Origin: Camelus ferus
Lineage: Eukaryota
Direction: 5' to 3'
Assembly: GCF_009834535.1 (NCBI RefSeq)
Contig: NC_045696.1
Location: 72,046,001 to 72,110,000, forward strand
DNA length: 64,000 bases
Shown: in pieces, positions 23,701 to 33,313 of the stretch
Layout: the number at the start of each line of letters is the position of its first letter
Position numbering within the stretch: the stretch's first letter is position 1
Translations under genes and position numbers: made by a program
Notes under the pieces: generated by a model
The model's input: only the letters and a program-made list of their open reading frames with translations
What the model was told of the DNA's origin: nothing
Database searches by the model: none

Positions 23701-26700
23701 TGCGAATAGGATTTTTAATCACCATTTCATCTTCCCTAGGGAGTTGGCAACATTTTGTTCCCTTTAGGGATAGTGTTTGGATCAGGTCTCATTCATTTCC
23801 ATGTTCATCTGGCAGTTAGTTGATCATCTTTTATGAAACACCACATTGCCCTTGTTGATTCTGTTTGAAAGAATGACACTGGGATAACCTTTGTAATTTA
23901 AATTTTATTATAAGAGCTTAAGGATTCATTCTGCAGGTATTTCAATTTTAGGTAATATTGTAATTAGGACTTGCTTATCTCTTTCTCTCTGTATTTTCCT
24001 TCTATTTAGTCTAATTGCTGTTGTTGCTTCTTGTTACCTTATTATTGAATTTGTTCTCTTTCCAGTACTGTTTCAGAATCTATAATAATAATTTTTAAAA
24101 TTTAAAAAAATAAACAATAGGAATAGTAAGGACACATATATTATTTACCAGGTAACTATTCTAAATATTTTATGTGTATTAACTCATTTAATTCTTACAA
24201 TAGCCCTGTGAGGACAGGAAATGTTATCTTTATTTTAAGCTGAATTGCAGATGGATGAACTTAGTTGCCCAGGGCTTCTTAACTAGTGGTAGAGTTGGGA
24301 TTTAAGAGGCTAACCTACTATATTATAAACCACTTCTGTCTAGCTAGGCTGTTCTCTGTCACTCAGACATTTCTATCTAAAGGGCAGTTTTTCCTGTACT
24401 TGTGGCAGTTGACATTTTATCCCTGTACAACTTGATCTTACGTGTTTCAGCTCTTTTTTAAAATTTTAATTAAAAAAATTTTAATACAATTTTTAAAGGT
24501 TATTTTCCATTTATAGTTATTATAAAATATTGGCTGTATTCCTCATCTTTTCTTAATAACAATTTACTAATCTTTTTAAGTATTCTTGTTTCATTCAAAA
24601 ACATTTATTGACTGCTTACTTTGAGAGCATGGTGTTAGGAGCATTTTAAGTCTGTCTGGGTGAGTTTTCAAAGTTTTCACAAAGATTATAATTTTTGAAC
24701 CTTGAAGAATGAATATACGTTTTCAAGGCCCAATGAAAGAGAAGCTGTCTCTAATGTGGAGAGATTAGCAAGTTCAGTTGCTTAGTGGTGAGAGACATAG
24801 CACCTTTGAGAAACTGCGAGTAAGTTCATCTGACTAGAAATACAGACTGTGTCTGAAGGCAACAGGAAATACTGCAGATTTTAAAAAAACTAATAGACTT
24901 TATTTTTTGAGCTGTTTTGCTATTTTTATATAGCAAAATTGAGCAGAAGGTATAGAGGTTTCCTAACTACCTCCTGCCCCACACATGCATAGCTTCTTAT
25001 TATCAGATTCCCACCAGAATGGTACATTTGTTACAGTTATACCTACACATTATTATCTTCCAAAGTTCAAGTTTACGTTAGCATTCACTCTTGATGTTGT
25101 ACTTTCTGTGGATTTGAACAAGTGTATAATGACATGTATCCACACTATAGCATCATCCAGAGAAGTTTCACTGTCCAAAAAAACCTCTGGGCTCTGCCTG
25201 TTCATCCTTCCTTCCTCCTAACCCCTGGCAACCATGATCTTTGTATTGCCTCCATAGCTTTGCCTTTTCCAGAATGTCATATAGTTGGAATCATACAGTT
25301 TATAGCCTTTGCAGATTAGCTTCTTTCACTTAGTAATATTATTATTTGTTTTCCTCCATGTCTTTTAATGCCTTGATAGTTATTTCATTTTAGCACTGAA
25401 TAATTTTCCTTCATCTGGGTGTGCACAGTTTATATATATGTTCACCTACCAGAGGACATCTTGGTTTCTTCCAAGTTTTGGCAGTTATGAATAAAGCTTC
25501 TTTAAACATCCATGTGCAGGTTTTTGTGTGGATATAAGTTTTCGCTTCATTTGGGTAAATACCAAGAAGTGGGGATGCTGGATCATATGATAAGCATATG
25601 TTTAGTTTTGTAAGAAACTGCCAAACTGTCTGTACCATTTTGCATTCCCACCAGCAATGAATGAGAGTTCCTGTTGCTTCACATCCTTACCAGCATTTGG
25701 TGTTGTCAGTGTTTTGGATTTTGGCCATTCCAAAAGGTGTGTAGTGTATCTCGTTTTAATCATTGAAGAATTTTAACCTGGAAGTGAAACGAAATTTATA
25801 TGCTCAAAAGGTTCATCTGAAAGCAATAAGGTCCTTTAAAAGGAGTGGAGGCAGAACTAGGGAAAGAGAGATTGGTTATGAAGCTGTCGCAGTGATTTAG
25901 CGAGACATGAAGCCTAGCATAGGTCCTGCAAGTGGGGATGGAGAAGAGAGATTTAGAAGGTACATAGAAACCAGACTGAGAGAGCTTCGATTGGAAGTGT
26001 GTGATGAGGAAGTGATTCTCAACACCCTTCAGGGACATTAGGAAATATGTGGGGGTATTTTTGGTTGTCATAAGACTGAGGGTTTCTGATGGGATTAGGA
26101 GGCTGCTAAAAGACCTGCAGTGCATAGGATAGTTCCTCACTATGAAAAATTATGTTTCATTGAGAAACACTGTAGGGTGATGACATTCATTGAGAGAGAA
26201 GGGAAATGGCAGGTCTGTAGAAGTAAGATAATGAGTTCATTGTGAGCCCTATTGAATTTGAGTTGTTTGTGGATATCCAGTTGAAGATGTTCTTAGAAAA
26301 TTAGGTATAAGAATCTAGAATATAGAGATAGAAGTTTCAGATTTAGGCGTTGTTTAGAGGTAGTTGAGTGTATAATGCAAAAAAAGGTAAAGGTTTGAAA
26401 AAATCTACTGAGAGAAGTGGAAGTGGTTATTGCTGATGAATACAGTTATAGAACATCAGCATTTAATGGATGAATGGAGGAAGAGGAGTCAGTAAAAGAA
26501 AAAGAGGCCAGAGAAGACAGAGGAGGATCAATAGAATGAGATCATTAAGGTCAAAGAAGTGACAGTTCCATCCACAAGGTGTGCTCAATTCTGTCAAATA
26601 TGGCAGAGAGCCAAGTAAATTAAGGACATAAAAGTTTTTTGGCAACCAGAAGGGTTTGGTGACCCTCAAGAGATTACTTTCAGTGGTATAAGCGATGGAG

Positions 26701-29700
26701 GTGGACAGTAGTTTCTAGAATTAGAGTGGGAGGTGAAGAAATGGGGCAATGAATATAGATACAAAAAGTTCTCTTTTACAGTCTGAAATTTCAAACATCA
26801 CAGATATACACTCCTGCTCTTGCCAGATTCTTAGGTTAGTGTATCAGCTGACAAATGGGCATTTATAGGTATCTCATGGTATTTGAATATTTCATTGTTT
26901 ATCATCCTTATTTTGTAAAAATTAGTTGAAAAGGAGAAAAATGCTAACACTAGTAATAAACTTAGTTCCCATAAATTTAATGCATTTGAAGTGAGGAAGG
27001 AAATCATTAAGCGTGCCAATAACAGCCAGTCCTACTACACATGCTAGTAACAGCAGTTTTACTGCACTTAAACTGGACAATTACATGTTTAGTTGCTAAA
27101 GAAAAGGATAAAATTAAAGAACCTGGAAGGAATATTGGTTATAGAGCTTTAAAGACTGCAGAGATTTAAAAGGAATTGTGATTAGGAATTGGTGTCATAT
27201 ATCTAGTTCTCTTAAAACAAGGGGGTCTGAACTTGACTTTCAGACACGTTTAAATAAGCACATTATATATAAAAGGAGAAGACTCCATGTGCTGTTCTAA
27301 GATGATCTGTGAAGGGAAGGAGAAAGAGGGCAGCTAGTTAAAGGGATGGAGGGATGTAAGAAAGATTTTTAAAAGATATCTTGAGCATATTCCTTTGTGG
27401 AAGGGAAAGCCAGAAGATAGCAAACTTTGAAGGTACAGGGAGAGAAGAAAACTAATAGACCAGATTCCTTGAAAAGTTAGGATGGTGTATGGAATCCAGA
27501 ATAATGGTCTTAGGGGCTTAACCATGGAAAAGAGAAAAAAGAGGCACCTTTTCCATTGAGTTTGAAGGAAGACATAATGATGGATTTGAAGGGAAGTACA
27601 TTTGTACGTGGAACTCCAGAAAGTTCGTTCATCAAGCAGTTTCTGAATGCCTGCTGTGTGTTTCAGTCTGCTAATTTGGGGATATGTAGTCGCTGTCCTT
27701 GAAGAGGCTATGGTCCAATGTAGACAAGGAATTTTTTTTGCCTTATGGCCTATGTATTTTCCTTTGAGGTAGAATATGAGTGTTTTTGGAGTCTTTCAGC
27801 TGGTCTCTCATGATTCCTGATTATCCAGAGTAGTTTGAAGATCATATCTAAAAGGACTGTTAAGTTACTTGGGATGTAATTTTTCCTGACCTGGAAATGT
27901 AAATTTACTCATAAAAGCTTGAGATAACTAATTTTAGTTCCTTGAAAGGGATGTACTTCTTTCTTTCTGTCTTATGACAGGTATAATTTTTTTTGTCCTG
28001 TGGCACTATTGCTTTTTTACCCTTCTCTGCTCCAAACCTAGGTAAATAGTCATTTATATCTTCTTCATCAAACTTTTAAACAGACAAATCTTATTTTATT
28101 ATTAATTTAAAATTTTTAATCAATATTCTTAATGGTCTCCTTGAGGTCAGGATCAGCCAGCCAACAACTTGGAGTGTAAAATTGATCAGGATTGTGAGTA
28201 GTAATTCTTTGCACTATAACCTATAGGTGTACATCAGTGATTTCAACTGGGGGCCATTTTGCCCCCAAGGAGACCTTTGGCAATATGTGGAGACATTTTT
28301 GGTTGTCATCACTGGGGATAGGACGGAAGTGCTACTGCCATCTATTGGATAGAGGCCAGGGATGCTGTTACTGCTATAATGCATAGGACAGCCATCCCCA
28401 TACCCCCAACAAAAAATTATCTGGCCCAAAATGTCAAAAGTGCTGAGGTCAAGAAACACTGATATACATTGAGTAATATCTGAATACTTATGAAATAGTC
28501 AGGCATGCTTATCTACATTATCTCATTTAAGCTTCAGAAACCCACTGTGAGGTAAGTGATATTTTTCTTGCCCTGAAGGGTCCTTTCATTGGTGATAGAA
28601 GCAGGATACAAAGCTTGGACTTACTTCTATAGGAAATTTTTATTATGTAAGTATTCAGGATGCAAGCTTTTTTCTTTTTCTTTTTTTTTCTTTTTAGGCT
28701 ATCTTTGGTATTACCTGGTGTTTTTTCATGGACAAATATTCCTGGCATTTGAAATATATAATTTATTTTTAATTATTACAGATCTAGAAATGGCCATTGC
28801 CTACTGGAATTTAGTGCTTAATGGAAGATTTAAATTCTTAGACTTATGGAATAAATTTTTGTTGGTAAGTTCATGTTTTCTGCAGTTTGGTGTTTTGTCT
28901 AAATTTTTGCTTTGTTTGAAGATAAGTGAACATTTTTAAGCATGACTAACTCATCTCAGAGCATGTAATGGACACAGAAGAGAAATTTGATTTCCAGAAT
29001 TTCATTACATAAGTTAGTTTTGCATTCTTACATTTAGCATCAACTGGACTTTTTTTTGAAACTCTTTAGTGATTTGGATGTTCTTTGTTTATTTTTTGAA
29101 AAATAGGAACATCATAAACGATCAATACCAAAAGATACTTGGAATCTTCTTTTAGACTTCAGTACAATGATTGCAGATGACATGTCGAATTATGATGAAG
29201 AAGGTAATGAAAAGTTTTGCCCCACCAGTTTTTTTTTGTTTTTTTTAACCTGTCTTTTATCACACACTCTGGAACTTCTTGACTACTGTTTTTCTTGGAT
29301 TGCCCTCTTCTGAACTTTATTTGTACTTCTCTGAATGTATGAAATGCCTTCATCCTCTTTACCTAATCTGTATTGTTTCTTTAAATACCAACTCATTATT
29401 CATATCTTTCGGAGAGGCATGAGTAATTTTCATCCATGTTTTAGATTTTCAGTTTACTTTAAGAACTTGATCTTTTCTTAATGTACTTTTATAGTACTTA
29501 TATGTATTTTTTTATATTCTTATCCGTCTTGTCTGTGAACTTGATTGTAAACTCCTTAAATTTAATGACTTTGTCCAAGTGGAAATGAACTTTAGTTGCC
29601 TTCTGTAGCACTATTAGCATTCAGAAATATTCACTGATTGAATGCTTTTCTGCTGTTCCTTCATGTATGTATAAAGATGTTTCTGCCATCCACTATCAGC

Positions 29701-30588
29701 ACATATGCTTTTGTTTTTCTGGGAATGGCAGTATTTACATTGATTTCTTCAAACATACTTAACCTAGTCCCCCCTGAGAATTAGCAGCTAGTTTTTGTGA
29801 GATTTTTGAATAGAGGTATTCTCTGAAAAAATCTCAATTAACCGTGGCCTCATTAAAAGTGTCCTGAAACTATTTAATCTAACCACAGATATTGTTATTT
29901 CCTTTTCTTTGTTTTCATGATCGTGTATTGTCTTCCTTAAAAAGTGAGAAATCACTGATAATTGTGCTTTCTCTTAGGCCTTACACAAAACTGGAGAACT
30001 TCTGATTTGGAGGTTGGCATGCATAGAGAAATGCAGATAGGCAATTTTAAATCTTTTAGTGATTATTATTATGAAATAGGATAGAATTTGATCCTTGCTA
30101 ATTTTCTTTGTAAGATTGCCGCAAAATGCAAAAAGGTTGTTAACTCCAACCTACTGTGCTTTCAGCACTGGCAGCATGTCATCATAACAGGGTAAGATTT
30201 TATCAAATTACTTCAGTGGTCTGACCTCAGTGGCCTTCAGAAAACCATGATATTATTGATTAATTACCAGAAGAGTTATTTTTTCCTCATTCAAGGAATG
30301 ATCAAGTGTTGGAATAATAGAGCAGAGAGAATACAAGGAGTATTTTAGGTAGAAACTGTAGAATTTTGGAAGTCCTATCAGTGGGAATACTTAAAAAGAT
30401 ATACTTTAATGGTCATGCGGAAAATATTTTAAAAAACAAAGGATTCTATTAAAATGTTTGCCTTACTCCTGCTTTTCTTTCTTTTCTTCATCCCATTTTT
30501 TCCCCCAGGAGCATGGCCTGTTCTTATTGATGACTTTGTGGAATTTGCACGCCCTCAAATTGCTGGGACAAAAAGTACAACAGTGTAG
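2838..30588 (+). CDS. DCUN1D1: DCN1-like protein 1 (SCCRO), NEDD8 co-E3; spliced CDS of 7 exons, 259 aa (N-terminal UBA-like domain + PONY/DCUN1 domain)
   Basis: Exon lengths 3+217+169+131+83+97+80=780 nt, all GT-AG, frame continuous. Translation [15 protein letters not shown]...[26 protein letters not shown] matches recalled mammalian DCUN1D1. The cullin-binding DAD patch (D211, A235, D241) and C115 fall at the expected positions. Confidence 0.98.
3541..3558 (+). promoter_or_regulatory. Adjacent GC box (SP/KLF) and ETS/GABPA motif at the 3' edge of the island
   Basis: GGGCGG 3541-3546; CGGAAGTG 3551-3558. Confidence 0.4.
5625..6215 (-). mobile_element. L2 LINE 3' fragment
   Basis: catctactatgtgccaggcactgttctag...aaatccctgctctg...ttacattttagt is the antisense L2 3' end. 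Confidence 0.75.
5720..5772. repeat. Compound microsatellite (CTAT)n(TA)n(T)n inside the L2
   Basis: Read directly. Confidence 0.9.
8131..8316 (+). mobile_element. Camelid tRNA-derived SINE (Vic-1-like) with extended 3' tail
   Basis: A box (cagctccagtggtagag), B box (gttcaatccc), aataaataaacctaattacc tail, terminal A14. Confidence 0.85.
9237..9465 (+). mobile_element. MIR SINE
   Basis: ctggctctgctactt...ctcctcattggtaaaa...cctagcacag...aataaatgttagctg. Confidence 0.7.
9550..9760 (-). mobile_element. MIR SINE
   Basis: tactatgtgcta...tttacagatgga...gagattaagtaattt...aagtcacacag. Confidence 0.7.
10734..10826. repeat. (GAT)9 + AT-only tract + (ATT)n, quasi-palindromic
   Basis: Read directly; 12-bp inverted arms 10756-10767 and 10815-10826. 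Confidence 0.9.
12934..13063 (-). mobile_element. Vic-1-like SINE, apparently inserted in a MIR
   Basis: T-rich tail then tggaagtactggagattgaacccaggacc...ctctaccactgagctatacc. Confidence 0.85.
14173..14389 (+). CDS. DCUN1D1: DCUN1D1 exon 2 (N2-K73, UBA-like domain)
   Basis: tttcaatag|AACAAGTTG ... TACAAAG|gtgagt; [19 protein letters not shown]...LYNRYK. Confidence 0.97.
15256..15388 (-). mobile_element. Vic-1-like SINE
   Basis: taattaggttt...gattgaacccaggacctc...ctaccactgagctataccctcccc. Confidence 0.88.
15748..15916 (+). CDS. DCUN1D1: DCUN1D1 exon 3
   Basis: tttttaaag|ATCCTCAA ... GAATTAGG|gtgagt; [26 protein letters not shown]...[18 protein letters not shown]. Confidence 0.97.
16231..16330 (+). 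mobile_element. Vic-1-like SINE (short-tail form)
   Basis: ggggagggtatagctcagtggtagagcacatgcttag...acctccattaaaataaaaataa. Confidence 0.88.
16540..16735 (-). mobile_element. MIR SINE
   Basis: aacatttgttgaac...ttttagagatgaggaaatggag...atttgaacccaggc. Confidence 0.7.
16745..17312 (-). mobile_element. Ancient ERVL-class solo LTR (LTR33/LTR41-like)
   Basis: Starts tgtaatcagtcagagtcc...aaaccatacc and ends gctgagagacaatcagttaataactggc, as in recalled ERVL LTR termini; family uncertain. Confidence 0.55.
18194..18324 (+). CDS. DCUN1D1: DCUN1D1 exon 4
   Basis: caatatag|ATGTGAC ... GGATTAG|gtaaga; [43 protein letters not shown]. Confidence 0.97.
19247..20447 (+). mobile_element. 5'-truncated lineage-specific L1 (ORF2 C-terminus + 3' UTR), sense orientation in intron 4
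   Basis: L1 ORF2 end ([16 protein letters not shown]...; [15 protein letters not shown]); perfect repeat taaaaacaggaca at 19234-19246 and 20448-20460 at a TTTT/AAAA endonuclease site. Confidence 0.93.
21600..21995 (+). mobile_element. Two adjacent old L1 3'-end fragments (L1MB-like, then L1MC-like)
   Basis: gttctggagat...gtacacttaaaaatggttaag, then gagccctaatgtaaa...taaacctaaaact. Confidence 0.65.
22345..22870. mobile_element. Degenerate CR1/L3 LINE fragment
   Basis: gaatctt...ggaaggga...; ctgaacataatattccaga, resembling L3 consensus; highly decayed. Confidence 0.4.
22884..23258 (-). mobile_element. MER41-like ERV1 LTR fragment (U3-R) ending in an A-rich tail
   Basis: Minus strand reads gcccacaggcgtcatgacagtccc...ttcctgggaatccc...ctctgtctgtggaatgt...aaataagtctacatttactc, then A7(TAAA)n; resembles the MER41 layout. 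Confidence 0.65.
24885..25760 (-). mobile_element. L1MC-like 3' fragment, splitting an L2
   Basis: agactttatttttt...gcaaaattgagcagaagg...cattcccaccagcaatgaatgagagttcc; L2-like sequence on both sides. Confidence 0.8.
26011..26172 (+). mobile_element. MER20-like hAT DNA transposon relic
   Basis: agtgattctcaac...ttttggttgtca...gctgctaaa...ttgagaaacactg termini. Confidence 0.55.
28235..28461 (+). mobile_element. MER20 (hAT-Charlie MITE), full length
   Basis: cagtgatttcaactgggg...ggcccaaaatgtcaaaagtgctgaggtcaagaaacactg; 8-bp TSD gtgtacat (28227-28234) / atatacat (28462-28469). Confidence 0.88.
28782..28864 (+). CDS. DCUN1D1: DCUN1D1 exon 5
   Basis: ttattacag|ATCTAGAA ... TTGTTG|gtaagt; [28 protein letters not shown]. 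Confidence 0.97.
29107..29203 (+). CDS. DCUN1D1: DCUN1D1 exon 6
   Basis: aaaaatag|GAACATCAT ... GAAGAAG|gtaatg; [32 protein letters not shown]. Confidence 0.97.
30509..30588 (+). CDS. DCUN1D1: DCUN1D1 exon 7 coding part, stop TAG 30586-30588
   Basis: tcccccag|GAGCATGG ... [35 protein letters not shown]. Confidence 0.97.
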
Positions 30589-30625
30589 CACTAAAGGAAC
30601 CTTCTAGAATGTACATAGTCTGTAC

Positions 30626-30631
30626 AATAAA
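30626..30631 (+). terminator. Proximal polyadenylation signal
   Basis: AATAAA starting 38 nt after the stop, preceded by TGTA at 30610 and 30621. Confidence 0.5.
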
Positions 30632-33307
30632 TACAACGGAAAATTGCACAGTCAATTTCTGCTGGCTGGACTGAACTGAAGATCAATCCTCCCAATTCAG
30701 ACCGAGGGTTGAGACAAAACTTTAAGGATACATCTTGGACCATATCGTATTTCATTCTTCTAATGGTGGTTTGGGCTTGTCTTCTAGTCTGGGCCGCTCT
30801 AAACATTTATTATTCCAACATTGTGGATTTCATCTTATGTCTGTGGACCATCCTAGTTTATCTTCCCATAAGTCTTAGAAGCTTTATGGTGATTATTTTG
30901 AGGTTTCCATTCTTGCATATAAAGCACAATGCTGTCTTCATCGGAAAACAGTTTGGCATAAGAATTAAACGTATGAACATCACAAACAGTTTATAAAAAC
31001 TTCTTAAATATATGCTTTGGGCTAGTTGCAAAGACTATGCTGATAGCACTTCCAGTGAGAGTGATATATTTAAGTGTACTGGATCTGGAATGGTGTTTTG
31101 GTTTGGTGGGGGCGGGTTTCTGGCAAATCACATGTATTGTTAACATGAGTAGAGTATCTGAAGAAAAAAAATGTCAAAATAACCAACGTGAAAAATTTTT
31201 AGGATAACTTGGTGTGCCTACCCCAAAATTTTATTGTGTTTCAGACCCTCGATTTTGAAAGGTTCCACAGAACTAGTCTGCACTTACCTTACCCGTGTTT
31301 ATATAGTTGTTCTGCAGGGGCTTTTATTTAGAAAATGTCTGCATAATGTTAGATTCTACTCCTGTCTACATTATGCACTACATAATTGGATTTCATTATG
31401 ATTTTGAAATGCTTATATGCCTGTCAAGTAAGTTAAACTATTTAATTTGTTTTGAATGTTTTAGATTGCTACATAATACAATACTCTAAATTTAGGCATG
31501 AGGGTTTATTTTTTGTTTTTTTGTTGTTATTTTGTTTTTTGGTCAGCGCACTATGGAACACAAATGAAATTCTCTTAATTTATAAGAAGATAGTAGGAAT
31601 TAAATTTTCAAAATGGTTGTAATGAGCCATGAAGTTCAATTCTTATAGGTACTGCTCTTTCAGACAAATAGTCCATTTTTGATGACTTCTTATTTTGTTG
31701 AAATTGCTTTAACTGCTAATCACTGTGGTTGCCAAATACTTCAGGAGCAAAGATTTTCAAACAAGCATGCACTTAATGCACAATACCAATCTGGCTTCTA
31801 TTTTCATAAATTATTTACAGTCTCTTTACTGTTTTTGTTTCACTCATTAGCTCACTTCTCACATCAAGGCAGAATTCTATCTTGTATGTATTTTTTTCTC
31901 TCATTACAAGACCCATGAATTGCTTTCATGCTGAAAATGCTCATTTCTCTGTTCACTTCCTGATATGAGAAGAAGGGTTTATTGCTTTTTTACACATTTC
32001 TGTAAGGCAGGTTAAAAAAACGTAAAACTTCAGTTATTGGATGACTGTGGTTTTTAAGCAGGAGTAGATTTTTCTTGGTGTATCCAGGCACTCTCTAAGG
32101 TGTAATGCTGAAATTATCAAAGAAATGTACTTCAGAATAGCAGTACATTATAATTAATGTAGATGTGGAAATGATTTTAAGAAACAATGATATATTAAAA
32201 CTACTTTTTATTTACACGATTTTGAAATTGACTAGAAAGCTTTCCCCAGATACTATATTAATATTCCAATCATAACTTTAATTCAAGAATACAATTTTAC
32301 CAAAAGAAAATTTTGAAAATTTCTATTCAGTTTATTGGAATTGGTTATTTAAAAAAAAAGAAAAGAAAAAAGAATCCTGCTGGTTTCAGTATTTCCTGAT
32401 TTCATATTTGTAAATATTAAGAGGAACTTCAATTATGAGAAATTTTAAAAAGATATATATATAGATATATATATATGTACTATTTTGTTTCCTGTCTTGA
32501 AGATTTTGAGTTATGGTATTGTTTTCGGATTGATTAATTCAAGTATGCTGTGTTTTGAAATGAGATCGATTAGCTTTTTTCCCCCAATATAAATTGTTTT
32601 TCATAAAAGTCTAAGTATTAGTTTGTGGCCTAGTGCCTTGGGTTTTACAGATTTTTCCTTTTAAATGCAAGACCTTTTCAACAAAATAGTGTTTGTCATC
32701 AGTTTGGTACTAAACATTTATAATTACTGTGTAATTATAAACGAAAATTACATAAAGCTTTGAATATAATTATGTAGCATAAAAGTTAAGGTTGTTCACT
32801 CTATGATGGCATCTTAGAATTAAACAATACTATTACTAGGGCTGAAAAGAGAAGACTGAGTTAATGTGGTGTGATTATTCTGAGGCTAAGTGTCTGGTTA
32901 CAGGAAATATTTTGTACTAAAAATTGCTTACACATAATGGCCGTGTGTGTGTGTTTGTGAAAGAGAGAGACTGATGGAGAGAGAGGGGTTGAAAGAGGCA
33001 TACATGCTCACACACACATACAAACAACTTGAATTGCTTTAATTCATTAGTGTTTCATTCTTTATCCTGGTAACCTCCCCAAACTGATTCTTTGTTTTAA
33101 ACTGAACCGCAGGTACAACATCCTTTTTGCCAAATGTCAAAACAGGTACACTTTAAAATGTAATGCTTTTTAAATAGTAAAGTGTATAAATTAGAGGTGC
33201 CCACATATAAAAATACTTGAGATCAGGATCATCTTTAGTGACTATCTGCATATCTCTGTAAGTTCAATTGTGTTTCTTACAATCCCTGTCATATTACCAA
33301 CAGAGGC

Positions 33308-33313
33308 AATAAA
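33308..33313 (+). terminator. Distal polyadenylation signal
   Basis: AATAAA with upstream TGTA and downstream T/GT-rich sequence. Confidence 0.6.

Noticed and set aside
30506..30511. CAG|GAG NAGNAG tandem acceptor at exon 7
   Set aside because: GAG is rarely used as the distal acceptor, and there is no transcript evidence available
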